Source: Candidatus Binataceae bacterium
GTDB lineage: Bacteria > Desulfobacterota > Binatia > Binatales > Binataceae
Direction of reading: 5' to 3'
DNA length: 64,000 bases
NCBI GenBank assembly: GCA_050736715.1
Contig: JBOHWK010000169.1
Span: 73-64,072, forward strand
In this document: positions 27,333 to 37,258 of the stretch, piece by piece
How the letters are laid out: every line of letters starts with the position of its first letter
How positions within the stretch are numbered: the stretch's first letter is position 1
Notes under the pieces: generated by a model
What the model was told of the DNA's origin: nothing
What the model saw: only the letters and a program-made list of their open reading frames with translations
The model's database searches: none
Program-made: the position numbers and the translations under genes

Positions 27333-28811
27333 ATGACTCAGACGATGAAGCAGGACTTCCCCATCGCGATACTGGGGGCGGGGTTCGCCGGAATCGGAGC
27401 GGCGATTCAATTGAAAAAGGCCGGCGTCGAATCGTTTACGATTTTTGAGCGCGCGGGCGAGGTCGGCGGCACTTGGCGCGACAACACTTATCCGGGCGCC
27501 GCCTGCGACGTTCCCTCCCATGCCTACTCGCTCTCCTTCGAGCAGAACCCGAATTGGAGCCGCCGTTACTCCCCGGCTGGCGAGATTGAGAACTACTTGC
27601 TCGGCATCACCGAAAAATGGAAGCTGCGCGAGCATCTGCGCCTCAATACCGCCATCGCCGACGCTCGATTCGACGAAGCGAACGGGACGTGGGCGCTTAC
27701 CACGTCAAGCGGTGACACGTTCACCGCACGCGCGGTAATCTGCGGCGTCGGCGGGCTGGTCGATCCGGCGCTGCCGGACATCAAGGGGTTAAAGAGCTTC
27801 GCCGGCCGGATGTTCCATACCGCGCGATGGGACCACAGCTACGATCTTACCGGCAAACGCGTCGGAGTGATTGGCACGGGCGCGAGCGCGATTCAGGTGG
27901 TGCCGTCGATCGCGCCGCAAGTTAAACACCTCACGGTTTTTCAGCGCACGGCAGCTTGGGTGGTGCCGAGGTCCGACCGGCCCTACTCCGAGCGCGCCAA
28001 GGAAATCTTCGCGCGCCATCCGTGGACGCTGAACCTGAGCCGGCTCGCGACTTACTGGACGACGGAACTGTTCGGCCCGCTGATTTTCCTCGATGCGCCC
28101 AAGTTGTCCGCGCTGGGCGAGCGCCTGTCGATCTCCCATCTGCACAAGCAGGTGAAGAACCGGGAGTTGCGAAAGAAGCTAATCCCGCCGTACCAGTTCG
28201 GATGCAAGCGCGTGCTGGTTTCGGACGATTATTGGGCCGCGTTCGAGCGCGACAACGTCGATCTGATAACCGAGCCCATCGCGGAGATCCGCCCCGGCGG
28301 CATCCAAACGGCGGACGGCGTGCTCCACGAACTCGATGCGATCGTTCTTGCCACGGGATTCGACTTGGGCCTGACCCATGCGCCCTTCCCGGTAACCGGC
28401 CGCGGCGGCAAGTCCTTGGACGAGGCGTGGAAGGCGGGCGCCGTTGCATACAAGGGAATGACCGTGTCGGGCTTCCCGAACTGGTTCATCCTAATGGGCC
28501 CGAACACGGGACCCGGCCATACCTCCGTGCTGGTCTATACGGAGGCGCAGATCGAGCACGCCTTGGGCGCGATTCGCAAGCTCCGGAGCGACGGAGTGAA
28601 ATTTGTCGATATCCGGCAGGACGTTCAGGATCGGTACAACGTGGGCATTCAGGGGCGGATGAAGTACATGGTCTGGAATTCGGGATGCCATAGTTGGTAT
28701 CTGTCGGAAGATGGCAGCAACCATTCGTTGTATCCGGGCTTCGCAGCCGAGTACGCCCTCCGCGCGCGCCGGTTCAAAGAATCGGAATACGAGATCGCAT
28801 CGTTTGGGTAG
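27333..28811 (+). CDS. flavin-containing (Baeyer-Villiger type) monooxygenase
   Basis: GAGFAGIGAA FAD motif, second Rossmann GTGASA, BVMO fingerprint FAGRMFHTARWD (FxGxxxHxxxW). Confidence 0.85.
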   Translation: MTQTMKQDFPIAILGAGFAGIGAAIQLKKAGVESFTIFERAGEVGGTWRDNTYPGAACDVPSHAYSLSFEQNPNWSRRYSPAGEIENYLLGITEKWKLREHLRLNTAIADARFDEANGTWALTTSSGDTFTARAVICGVGGLVDPALPDIKGLKSFAGRMFHTARWDHSYDLTGKRVGVIGTGASAIQVVPSIAPQVKHLTVFQRTAAWVVPRSDRPYSERAKEIFARHPWTLNLSRLATYWTTELFGPLIFLDAPKLSALGERLSISHLHKQVKNRELRKKLIPPYQFGCKRVLVSDDYWAAFERDNVDLITEPIAEIRPGGIQTADGVLHELDAIVLATGFDLGLTHAPFPVTGRGGKSLDEAWKAGAVAYKGMTVSGFPNWFILMGPNTGPGHTSVLVYTEAQIEHALGAIRKLRSDGVKFVDIRQDVQDRYNVGIQGRMKYMVWNSGCHSWYLSEDGSNHSLYPGFAAEYALRARRFKESEYEIASFG

Positions 28812-28841
28812 GCCGCGGTCGTTCGTCCCACAGGCTTCCAC

Positions 28842-29384
28842 ATGAGTGAGCGGGGAATCTTTTTTCGCGATGCCACTAAGGACGACGCGGAGGCGATCGC
28901 GGCGTTGCACGCCGATAGCTGGAGGCGGCACTACCGGGGGGCGTTCTTGGATTCATTCCTCGATGGCGACGTTCTTAGCGACCGTCTCACAGTCTGGCGC
29001 GAGCGTCTTGCGGAGCCTCGGAAAGATTGCATCACTGTAGTTGCCACGTCACAGGATTCGGCGATCGGCTTCGTTCACGTAGTTTTGAACGACCATCCAA
29101 CTTGGGGAGCGCTGCTGGATAATATACACGTCACTTTCGAGCGCAAAGGGATGGGTATCGGCGGCGCGCTAATGCGGGAGGCTGCTCAAAGGCTGTTGCA
29201 GCGCGGCGGGCGAAACTTCTATCTCTGGGTCTTGGACCAAAACGTTGCCGCCCAGCATTTCTATGCCAATCACGGCGGCGCCCGCGTCGAGACTTGCATG
29301 CGTGGTCCATTTCCCGGCGGAGGCAGGGCACCTGGCCACCGAATCGCATGGCCGGACGCCCGAACGCTCCTATCCGGGAGTTGA
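28842..29384 (+). CDS. GNAT-family N-acetyltransferase
   Basis: 180 aa; acetyl-CoA motif A HVTFERKGMGIGGALMREA. Confidence 0.8.
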   Translation: MSERGIFFRDATKDDAEAIAALHADSWRRHYRGAFLDSFLDGDVLSDRLTVWRERLAEPRKDCITVVATSQDSAIGFVHVVLNDHPTWGALLDNIHVTFERKGMGIGGALMREAAQRLLQRGGRNFYLWVLDQNVAAQHFYANHGGARVETCMRGPFPGGGRAPGHRIAWPDARTLLSGS

Positions 29385-29462
29385 CCGCACGCCCCCCGCT
29401 TGCCGCATGATGCGGCCGCTTGAGATAATTCCGGCGCGGGTAGGACGCGCGAGGTAATCGAG

Positions 29463-30194
29463 ATGCGAGAACGATCGTGCGCGCTGGTGGTGGTGGGCAA
29501 CGAAATCCTCTCCGGCAAGATTCAGGACACCAATTCATCGTTCGCGGCGCGCGAACTGCGCAAAATCGGCGCGACGCTCGCCCGGATCGCGACGATCCCC
29601 GACGTGCTCGAGGCGATCGCGGAAGAAGTCGCCTACTGCTCGCGGCGGTTCGATTTCGTGGTTACCTCGGGCGGCGTCGGCCCCACCCATGACGACCTGA
29701 CGATCGAGGGCGTGGCTCGTGCCTTCAACCGCAAGCTCGTGACCGATCCGTCGCTCGCGCGGCTCATTCGCGAGCATCGCGGTGCCGAAATCTCTGCCGC
29801 CGACCTCAAGATGGCCGAGATCCCCGAAGGCGCGATGCTGAATCCCTCCACCGACATAAGATTTCCGACCGTCCAGATTGAAAACGTCTATGTCCTCCCC
29901 GGAATCCCGCGGCTGTTCGAAGCGAAGCTCGCCGCGCTCATCCCGCGTTTCGCCGCCGATCCCTACTTCATGCGTGCGATCTATCTGAGTGCCGGCGAAG
30001 GTGTAATCGCGGAGCATCTGAACGAATGCATGGGACAGTTCCCCGAATTGATGCTAGGATCGTATCCGCGGATCGATAACCCGGAGTACCGCGTGAAGCT
30101 GACGCTCGAATCCAAGGATCGGGAATATCTAGACCGCGCGTTCCGCCATTTGATGGGTTTATTGCCGCCGCCGTCGGTGGTAAAAACGGAATAG
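29463..30194 (+). CDS. CinA/MoaB-type molybdopterin-binding domain protein
   Basis: ALVVVGNEILSGKIQDTNSSFAAREL...FVVTSGGVGPTHDDLT: MoCF-biosynthesis (CinA N-terminal) domain signature. Confidence 0.7.
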   Translation: MRERSCALVVVGNEILSGKIQDTNSSFAARELRKIGATLARIATIPDVLEAIAEEVAYCSRRFDFVVTSGGVGPTHDDLTIEGVARAFNRKLVTDPSLARLIREHRGAEISAADLKMAEIPEGAMLNPSTDIRFPTVQIENVYVLPGIPRLFEAKLAALIPRFAADPYFMRAIYLSAGEGVIAEHLNECMGQFPELMLGSYPRIDNPEYRVKLTLESKDREYLDRAFRHLMGLLPPPSVVKTE

Positions 30195-30227
30195 AGGGTG
30201 CGCAAGAACAAGGTGGAGGTGGAAGTC

Positions 30228-30806
30228 ATGAGGATGGAAAAATTTGGAATAGCAGCGGCGGCATTCGCGATTGCCGCCACAGTCGCAATCGGGCCGTTCG
30301 CGGCGCAGACCGCTCTCGCGCAACCTGCCGCGGGTACGGCGGCTTCGCAAGTGCCGCAGCCTCAGGAGGGCGGCGTCAATTGGTCCGGCGTCGGCTACGG
30401 CGCGGGCGCGGTTTTCGGCAGCCTGCTCTACATTCCGTGCAAGCTGGTCTATGCCATTACCGGCAGCTTGGTGGGTGGCGGCGCCTGGCTTCTCACCGGC
30501 GGCAACACCCAAACCGCCGACACGATCTGGCGCAGTTCGCTCGGAGGAGATTATGTCCTGACTCCGGATATGATTTCCGGCAATCAGCCGATAAATTTCA
30601 GCGGCCCGACCAGCACTCCGCCCGAGCCTCCGGCTCCCGCGGCGCCAAGCGCGGCATCGGCGAGCGCGGCGGGCCAAGCGAGCTCCTCGGTTGCGCCGAT
30701 CGCGCCGCTTCCTCAGTCCGGTGGCGCACAGCCGATGGATCGCGGCAGCGGTCCGGCGGCGCCGCCGGGCGGCGGCTCGCCACTGGGCGGCACGAGCATC
30801 GAGTAA
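30228..30806 (+). CDS. secreted Gly/Pro/Ala-rich hypothetical protein
   Basis: ATG 30228 after GGAGGTGG; signal peptide MRMEKFGIAAAAFAIAATVAIGPFAAQTALA; low-complexity Pro/Ala/Ser C-terminus. Confidence 0.5.
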   Translation: MRMEKFGIAAAAFAIAATVAIGPFAAQTALAQPAAGTAASQVPQPQEGGVNWSGVGYGAGAVFGSLLYIPCKLVYAITGSLVGGGAWLLTGGNTQTADTIWRSSLGGDYVLTPDMISGNQPINFSGPTSTPPEPPAPAAPSAASASAAGQASSSVAPIAPLPQSGGAQPMDRGSGPAAPPGGGSPLGGTSIE

Positions 30807-30852
30807 GCTCGGCACGCGCGCGATTCGCGCCGCGAGCGGGACAATTCCGCGC

Positions 30853-31218
30853 ATGGAGCGCATCAACATGGAAAAGGCTCGCTTCATCTGGAAATCGAAC
30901 TGCACGACCTGCCGCGACGCGCGCCGCTTCCTTCTCGATGAACTGGGCGCATCGCTCGACGAGCGCGATTACGCCCGCGTGCCGCTGTCGGCGACCGAGT
31001 TGAAGGAATTGTTCGCGGGGCGCGACCCGCGCGATTTCCTCAATCCGCGCAGCCCGGCCTATAAGGCGATGGGGCTGGCGGGGATGAAGATGACGCCGGC
31101 ACGGGCGATCGAACTGATGGTGAAGCAGCAGAATCTGCTCAAGCGCCCAGTCGTCGTCGCCGGAACTGAAACGATCGCGGGCTTCGATCGCGATCGCTAC
31201 CGCGCCGCGCTCAAGTAG
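30853..31218 (+). CDS. ArsC/Spx-family thioredoxin-fold protein (YffB-like)
   Basis: IWKSNCTTCRDARRFL N-terminal Cys motif and length (~120 aa) typical of the ArsC/Spx family. Confidence 0.65.
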   Translation: MERINMEKARFIWKSNCTTCRDARRFLLDELGASLDERDYARVPLSATELKELFAGRDPRDFLNPRSPAYKAMGLAGMKMTPARAIELMVKQQNLLKRPVVVAGTETIAGFDRDRYRAALK

Positions 31219-31405
31219 CGCGCCGGCTGGCGGCGGCAGCCAAGCTGCGCCGCTTTGCCTGCCAGTAACTGCGGCCGGCCTGGAACGGTTCGCCGGATGC
31301 GATGCCTTCCAGCAGCAGGCGCTCAAGCTGGTCACGCAACCGGCGTTCGCAATCTTCGCGGGCGAGGCGTTCACTCAATCGATCAATCATGCGCCGCCAC
31401 CGCAT
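31211..31405 (-). pseudogene. possible ParD-like antitoxin C-terminal remnant
   Basis: 64-aa ORF; LRDQLERLLLEGIASGEPFQAGRSYW resembles the C-terminal half of the ParD at 43257-43523; no RHH N-terminus and no partner toxin. Confidence 0.25.
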
Positions 31406-31416
31406 CTGAATCTAAC

Positions 31417-32406
31417 TCACGCCGATTTTCCCGCTTTTTCGGTTCGCTCGACCGCCGGGCCGGCGTCGCCGGCGCTTGGTCCGCGCTCGGCTCCTTGCGC
31501 CTTTCCGGCACCCATCTTCGGGAAGACCGGGCTTTGCGTCAGCGTATCTATAAACTTACGCACCGCCGGCGAAAGCTCGCGCCCGCGCTTGTAGATGATC
31601 GCGAGCGGACGCAGGAACGTCCCCTCCTGAAACTCCAGCATCTTGAGCGTGCCGCGCGCGACCTCGTGCTCGACCGTCATCCGCGGCACGATCGCGCACC
31701 CCAAGCCGATTTCGACCGCCCGCTTGATGGTTTCAATGTTGTCGAATTCGAGCGCATAGGCCGGCTTGACGCCATGCTCGCGCAAGATGCGGTCAGAAGC
31801 TTTGCGGGTTGAAATATCACGCTCGTAGCCCACGAATTTTTGATCTTTCAGGTTCGCGAAGCTGACTTTGGTGTGCTTGGCGAGCGGGTTGTCGGGCGGA
31901 ACGATCAGCACCAGTTCGTCGTGGCGGAACGGCACCGATACGACCTGCCCGCGCTTAGCCGGATAGGCGACCACGCCCAGATCGATTTTGCCCTCGATCA
32001 GATCTTCGTAAATTTTATTCGCGCGCATGTATTCGAGATGGACGTTCACCGCCGGGTAGTTGCGCAGGTATTCGCTCAGGTAGGGCGGCAATTCATGCAG
32101 TCCAACGCTGTACACGGTGCCGACCCGGATCGAACCGGCGATGACCGAGCCGATTTCGCGCAGCCGGTTTTCCAGTTCCATGAACCGCCGCACGATATCT
32201 TTGCTTGCGGTGTAGAGGATTTGTCCTGCCGGAGTCGGTTTGACTCCCGCCCGCCCGCGTTCTATCAATCGGCAATCGTATTTTTCCTCCAGGCTGCGCA
32301 CCTGCTGGCTGACCGCCGACTGGGTGACAAAGTTCTGCGAGGCGGCATAAGAAAAGCTTCCGCTCTCAATGATGTCGCAAAAGACCTTTAGGGTTTCGAT
32401 ATGCAT
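31417..32406 (-). CDS. LysR-family transcriptional regulator (GcdR-like, divergent from gcdH)
   Basis: N-terminal HTH IETLKVFCDIIESGSFSYAASQNFVTQSAVSQQVRSLE, LysR substrate-binding domain; divergent arrangement with glutaryl-CoA dehydrogenase. Confidence 0.9.
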   Translation of the reverse strand: MHIETLKVFCDIIESGSFSYAASQNFVTQSAVSQQVRSLEEKYDCRLIERGRAGVKPTPAGQILYTASKDIVRRFMELENRLREIGSVIAGSIRVGTVYSVGLHELPPYLSEYLRNYPAVNVHLEYMRANKIYEDLIEGKIDLGVVAYPAKRGQVVSVPFRHDELVLIVPPDNPLAKHTKVSFANLKDQKFVGYERDISTRKASDRILREHGVKPAYALEFDNIETIKRAVEIGLGCAIVPRMTVEHEVARGTLKMLEFQEGTFLRPLAIIYKRGRELSPAVRKFIDTLTQSPVFPKMGAGKAQGAERGPSAGDAGPAVERTEKAGKSA

Positions 32407-32581
32407 CGGAAGAACTTATCGTATAAGATTATGTGATGCTGAAAAATCGCGCAAGTAGTAGTGTTTTAGACGAATTCCGCATCTTTTTCAGCTTGCCGCG
32501 GTCTCGACGGCGGGCGGGGACAGCGAATAATCTTGAGAATACCGGCGGGCAAAGCCGTCTGTCGGCTTATGGAGTCCAATC

Positions 32582-33751
32582 ATGTCCGATCTGATGCGAG
32601 AGCTTGATTTTTTTCACCTCGGCGAACTGCTCACGCCCGAGCAGCGGATGACGCGAGATACTGCGCGGAGGTTCGTCGAGCGTGAAGTTCTGCCGCATAT
32701 CGAGCGCAATTTCGCCGAGGAAACTTTTCCTTCGCACTTGATTCCCGCGATGGCCGAGCTGGGAATGTTCGGCGCCAACCTGAAGGGCTACGGATGCGCC
32801 GGAATGGACAACGTCGCCTACGGTCTCATCATGCAGGAACTCGAAGCGGGCGACTCCGGCCTGCGTTCGTTTGCCTCGGTGCAGAGCGCACTTTCGATGT
32901 ACGCGATTTATGCCAACGGAACCGAGGAACAGAAGCAACGCTACTTGCCGGAAATGGCCAAAGGGAAATTAATCGGGTGCTTCGGCCTTACCGAGCCGGA
33001 CCACGGTTCCGATCCGGGCGGGATGGAAACGCGGGCACGGCGCGACGGCGACGGATGGATTCTAAACGGGACCAAACGCTGGATCACCAACGGATCGATC
33101 GCCGAGGTTGCAATCGTGTGGGCCAAGATCGAGGAAGGCATCGCGGGATTTATCGTCGAGAAGGGAACGCCCGGCTTCTCCGCGCGCGACATCCACGGCA
33201 AATTCTCGATGCGCGCGTCGATCACGTCGGAGTTGATTCTGGAAGACGTCCGGCTGCCCAAAACCGCCCAGTTGCCCGCCGCGCGCGGCCTCAAGGCGCC
33301 GCTGGGATGCCTCACGCAGGCGCGTTACGGAATCGCCTGGGGCGCGATCGGGGCGGCGCGCTCCTGCTTCAATTGCGCGCTTGATTACACGAAATCGCGC
33401 AAGCAATTCGCGCGCCCGCTCGCCGGCTATCAACTCGTGCAGGCCAAGCTGGTGACAATGCTGACCGAAATTACGAAGGCGCAGATGATTTGCCTGCGGC
33501 TTGCGCAATTGAAGGACGCGGGCAAAATGCGCTCCGAGCAGGTATCGTTCGCCAAGCGCAACAACGTGAACGAGGCCCTCAAGATCGCGCGCGACGCTCG
33601 CGATATGCTCGGCGCCAACGGAATCGTGAACGAATACCCGGTAATCCGCCACATGCTGAACCTCGAAACGGTCAACACCTACGAGGGCACCTTCGATGTG
33701 CATACGCTGATCCTGGGCCGCGACCTCACCGGCGAAGACGCCTTTAATTAG
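32582..33751 (+). CDS. gcdH: glutaryl-CoA dehydrogenase (acyl-CoA dehydrogenase family)
   Basis: 389 aa; ACAD motifs GCFGLTEPDHGSDPGGMETRA, WITNGSIAEVAIVWAK; overall GCDH-like. Confidence 0.8.
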   Translation: MSDLMRELDFFHLGELLTPEQRMTRDTARRFVEREVLPHIERNFAEETFPSHLIPAMAELGMFGANLKGYGCAGMDNVAYGLIMQELEAGDSGLRSFASVQSALSMYAIYANGTEEQKQRYLPEMAKGKLIGCFGLTEPDHGSDPGGMETRARRDGDGWILNGTKRWITNGSIAEVAIVWAKIEEGIAGFIVEKGTPGFSARDIHGKFSMRASITSELILEDVRLPKTAQLPAARGLKAPLGCLTQARYGIAWGAIGAARSCFNCALDYTKSRKQFARPLAGYQLVQAKLVTMLTEITKAQMICLRLAQLKDAGKMRSEQVSFAKRNNVNEALKIARDARDMLGANGIVNEYPVIRHMLNLETVNTYEGTFDVHTLILGRDLTGEDAFN

Positions 33752-33767
33752 AGGGCGGCCGGAAGCA

Positions 33768-34655
33768 ATGGCGATTGCACGCAAGGCCGGGATTCGCGGC
33801 GCGCCGCGCGTGAAGCGCGCGCCGGGGCCGGCGTTCGCACTCACGATCGCGGGCGTGCGGCCGGCGAAATCGCGCGGGCAGAACTTCCTTGCGAACGCCG
33901 CGATCGCCGATCGAATCGTAGCGGCGGCGGAGCTTGGCCCGGACGACAATGCGATCGAAATCGGCCCCGGGCTGGGAATCCTTACCGAGCGGATCGCCGC
34001 GCGGCCCCATCGCCGGCTCACGCTGGTCGAACTCGATTCGCGGCTTGCGGAAAGACTTGCGGAACGATTCGCGGCGGACGATACAATCGCGGTATTGAAT
34101 GAAGATTTCCTTGCAGCGGACTTCGGCGCGATCGCCGCCGGCGCTCCGGTCAAAGTCATCGGCAATCTCCCGTTCAGTTCCGCCGCGGCGATACTGCGCA
34201 AGCTATGCGGCCATGCGGAATCGATCGCCTCGCTGGTCCTGATGTTTCAGCGCGAGGTCGCCGAACGAATTCGCGCGCGCGCGCGCGGCCGCGATTATGG
34301 CGCGCTCAGCGTTTTCACCGCGCTCTACTGGGAAATCGATCTGCACTTTATCGTTGCCGCCGGCAGTTTCCATCCCCGACCGAAAGTCGATGCCGAAGTA
34401 ATCCGGTTTCGGCCGCGCGCCGGGCGATGGTTTGCGCCCGGCGAGGAACGTGCGGTGCTCGATACCGTGCGCGCCTCCTTTTCCGCGCCGCGCAAGACGA
34501 TTCGCAACGCGCTCGCCGGAGCGTTGGGCCTCGATTCGGAGACGATTTGCGCCGCCCTCGCGCAGGCCGGAATCGATCCGGGCGCGCGCGCGGAAACGCT
34601 GGAACCGTACCGCTTCGCCGCGCTCGCCCGCGCACTGCCATACTCCAATGCCTGA
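33768..34655 (+). CDS. rsmA: 16S rRNA (adenine1518/1519-N6)-dimethyltransferase
   Basis: SRGQNFLANAAIADRIV...EIGPGLGILTERI...IGNLPFSSAAAILRKL: KsgA/Dim1 signature (start may be slightly downstream). Confidence 0.85.
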   Translation: MAIARKAGIRGAPRVKRAPGPAFALTIAGVRPAKSRGQNFLANAAIADRIVAAAELGPDDNAIEIGPGLGILTERIAARPHRRLTLVELDSRLAERLAERFAADDTIAVLNEDFLAADFGAIAAGAPVKVIGNLPFSSAAAILRKLCGHAESIASLVLMFQREVAERIRARARGRDYGALSVFTALYWEIDLHFIVAAGSFHPRPKVDAEVIRFRPRAGRWFAPGEERAVLDTVRASFSAPRKTIRNALAGALGLDSETICAALAQAGIDPGARAETLEPYRFAALARALPYSNA

Positions 34656-35481
34656 GTTGCCGGAGGTCGAATCGATCCGCCGAATCCTCGCGCGATCGGC
34701 GATTGGCCGCACGATAGTGTCGGCGCGAATCGGCGATTCGCGCCTGCGCCGGCGCGTGACCGTGAATTTTGCGGATGCGATCGCGGGCAAAAGAATCGAA
34801 CGAATCTCGCGCCGCGCGAAATATCTGATAATCGAAATCGCGGGCGACAATGCGATCCTTGCGCATCTGGGAATGAGCGGCAGCCTGACCCATCGCGGAC
34901 GCGGGTTTCGCGGCGGCCACTTCGATCCGCGCCACGACCACGTCGAATTTGCGCTCGACGACGGCTCGCGGCTGGTGTTCAACGATCCGCGCCGCTTCGG
35001 AATGGTCCGGCTGGCGCCGCGCGCCGAACTGGATCGCACGCCCGAATTGGCCCGCCTCGGCCCGGAGCCGCTCTCGCGCGATTTCAACGCGGACTATCTG
35101 GCGGCGAGGGCGCGCGGCCGGCGCGTCGCGATTAAGAACCTGCTGATGGATCAGCGAATCGTCGCCGGAATCGGAAATATTTACGCCGCCGAGATTCTGT
35201 TCGATGCCGGAGTCCGCCCCGCCCGCCGCGCGGGCCGCGTCACGCGCGCCGAAATCGAAAAGATCGTTGCGGCGACGCCGATCGTCTTGCGCGCGGCAAT
35301 TAGCAGCCGCGGCACGACCTTTCGCAGCTATTTCGATTCGCGCGGCCGGCCCGGGCGGTTCGCGGCGCAATTGCGCGTCTATGGGCGCGAAGACGAGCCG
35401 TGCCGGGTGTGCGGCACGCCGATTCGCAACGTAACGCTCGGCCAGCGCGCAAGCTTTTTCTGCCCGCGATGCCAACGCTAG
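34648..35481 (+). CDS. mutM: formamidopyrimidine-DNA glycosylase
   Basis: Starts MPELPEVE (catalytic Pro2), C-terminal zinc finger CRVCGTPI...FFCPRCQ; ATG overlaps the rsmA 3' end by 8 nt. Confidence 0.9.
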   Translation: MPELPEVESIRRILARSAIGRTIVSARIGDSRLRRRVTVNFADAIAGKRIERISRRAKYLIIEIAGDNAILAHLGMSGSLTHRGRGFRGGHFDPRHDHVEFALDDGSRLVFNDPRRFGMVRLAPRAELDRTPELARLGPEPLSRDFNADYLAARARGRRVAIKNLLMDQRIVAGIGNIYAAEILFDAGVRPARRAGRVTRAEIEKIVAATPIVLRAAISSRGTTFRSYFDSRGRPGRFAAQLRVYGREDEPCRVCGTPIRNVTLGQRASFFCPRCQR

Positions 35482-35544
35482 ACGGTATAAGAGACCATCG
35501 CGTAAACTGAGGCCGGAACCTCTATCCCGGGCGCGGGCAAGCCG

Positions 35545-36291
35545 GTGAATCGCATGGCCAACGATCCGAAGATTCAAGATAGCCTCGACGATTACATCTG
35601 GGGGGGGTACTACATCGCGAAGCTCGCAACAGACTACAAGAAGTCAAACCTCGTACCCGACGCGATCATAACGCTGTCGGATTGCATCGCGGAGTTTCTG
35701 CCCGATTCCGACTGGTCTATTGATTGGATGTCCTCGGCGGAGGAACGCGAAAAGCGGGCCGAGAAGTGCGGTTTCCCGTCTGCCCAACGGGATGCCTTTG
35801 TTAAGTGGTCCACGGAGCTAATGCGTGTCGGTAAGTTTGGTTTGCCGAATGTCCTCCTTTCGATGGAAACAGCTACGGAGCTATTGAGGCGGTTTCCTTT
35901 CGACCGGAGCGAGTGGCACCTCCTGGGAGCGGGCCTGCGAAAGGATGAAGTCGATCGCTTCATAGCGCTATGTGCCCCCCCGACCTATCAGGGACAGGGA
36001 CAAGACGGCGTTTATGAAGCGCTGGTGAGAAAAGAGCAACTGCACCGAAGCGGACGGATTCTCGGCTACGATGTGCTCGGACACGAGGAATACGGTGGCG
36101 GGTTTCATTCTTGGTTCTGCAACTCATTGGAAGAGGAAGTTGCGGAAAAGCTGGGAATCCGTCCTGACCACAACGGGCTGCTGAAGACTTACGCGGAGGC
36201 GGCGGCTTGTGCGCAGTACGCCGGAGATCCGGATACTCACGCGGAACCGGCAAGCTGGAACGCCTGGGTGCTTGTGGATTACCCTATCTAA
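35545..36291 (+). CDS. hypothetical protein, no recognisable domain; low-GC gene
   Basis: 248-aa ORF with clearly lower GC and different codon usage than flanking mutM and pilD; no motif recognised. Confidence 0.5.
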   Translation: MNRMANDPKIQDSLDDYIWGGYYIAKLATDYKKSNLVPDAIITLSDCIAEFLPDSDWSIDWMSSAEEREKRAEKCGFPSAQRDAFVKWSTELMRVGKFGLPNVLLSMETATELLRRFPFDRSEWHLLGAGLRKDEVDRFIALCAPPTYQGQGQDGVYEALVRKEQLHRSGRILGYDVLGHEEYGGGFHSWFCNSLEEEVAEKLGIRPDHNGLLKTYAEAAACAQYAGDPDTHAEPASWNAWVLVDYPI

Positions 36292-36424
36292 ACTTTTAAG
36301 GCTGTTGCGGCGCGCTCCTCCCACCGTTCGACCGCCAGTGAAGGTGGAGCACACACGACGCATGGCGATGGAACTGGACGCCGGGTAATCATAAACTCTG
36401 GCGCTGGAGGAAGGAGAGGACGCG

Positions 36425-37258
36425 ATGACATCGGAGATTCCGCCGGGACTTGGCGACGCCTTTGCGTTCGCGATCGGCGCGGTTACAGGCAGTTTCATCA
36501 ATACGGTGGCGTGGCGGATGCCGCGCGAACTATCGATTGTAACGCCGCGATCGTTTTGCGAAAGCTGCGAGCGCGCGATTCCGTGGTGGGCGAACATCCC
36601 GATCCTCGCCTATCTCGGATTGCGCGGGCGCTGCCTGATGTGCGGCGCGGCGATTCCCTTCCGCCATCTGATCGCCGAGGTCTCGCTCGCCGTCATCGCC
36701 CTGTATCTCTACTCCAATTTCGCGCTGCCCGGCGCGATCGCGCGCTTCGTCCTGTGCGCCGCGCTATGGATTTGCGCGACCGTCGATTACGACTGGCGCC
36801 TGATTCCCAATCTGATCGCGTGGCCGGGCACGCTCGTGGGATTTCTCGCCGCGGCATTGATGATGCCCGACGTGGGATGGAAGGATTCGCTGCTTGGAAT
36901 CCTGTTCGGCGCGGGCCTGTTGTTCTCGACCGGCTTCCTCTACCAACTGGTGCGCGGGCAGGAGGGCGTCGGGATGGGCGACGTGTGGCTGCTCGGGATG
37001 ATCGGCGCGTTCCTCGGCTGGCGTGGCGTCTTTTTCACGTTGTTCGTAGGTTCGGTTTTGGGCGCGTTCGGCGGAATCGCGTTCGCGATGCTCGGCGGCC
37101 AGACGCCGGAACCCGTGGCGGATCCCGCCACCGACCCGGAAGAGGCCGACGTCTCGCTGCTCCAGACCGCGGTTCCGTTCGGACCGTTCCTGTCGGCCGC
37201 GGCGATAATCTACGCGCTGTTCCGGCCGGAAATAATGCGCTGGTACTTCGGTATTTGA
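36425..37258 (+). CDS. pilD: type IV prepilin leader peptidase (A24 family)
   Basis: Zinc-binding CESCER...CLMCG pair in the N-terminal cytoplasmic loop; catalytic GMGDV; multiple TM helices. Confidence 0.9.
   Translation: MTSEIPPGLGDAFAFAIGAVTGSFINTVAWRMPRELSIVTPRSFCESCERAIPWWANIPILAYLGLRGRCLMCGAAIPFRHLIAEVSLAVIALYLYSNFALPGAIARFVLCAALWICATVDYDWRLIPNLIAWPGTLVGFLAAALMMPDVGWKDSLLGILFGAGLLFSTGFLYQLVRGQEGVGMGDVWLLGMIGAFLGWRGVFFTLFVGSVLGAFGGIAFAMLGGQTPEPVADPATDPEEADVSLLQTAVPFGPFLSAAAIIYALFRPEIMRWYFGI

Noticed and set aside
34432-35481. Longer mutM ORF with 72 extra N-terminal codons
   Set aside because: Fpg requires Pro2 as its catalytic residue, and MPELPEV at 34648 is the canonical start. The extension overlaps rsmA.
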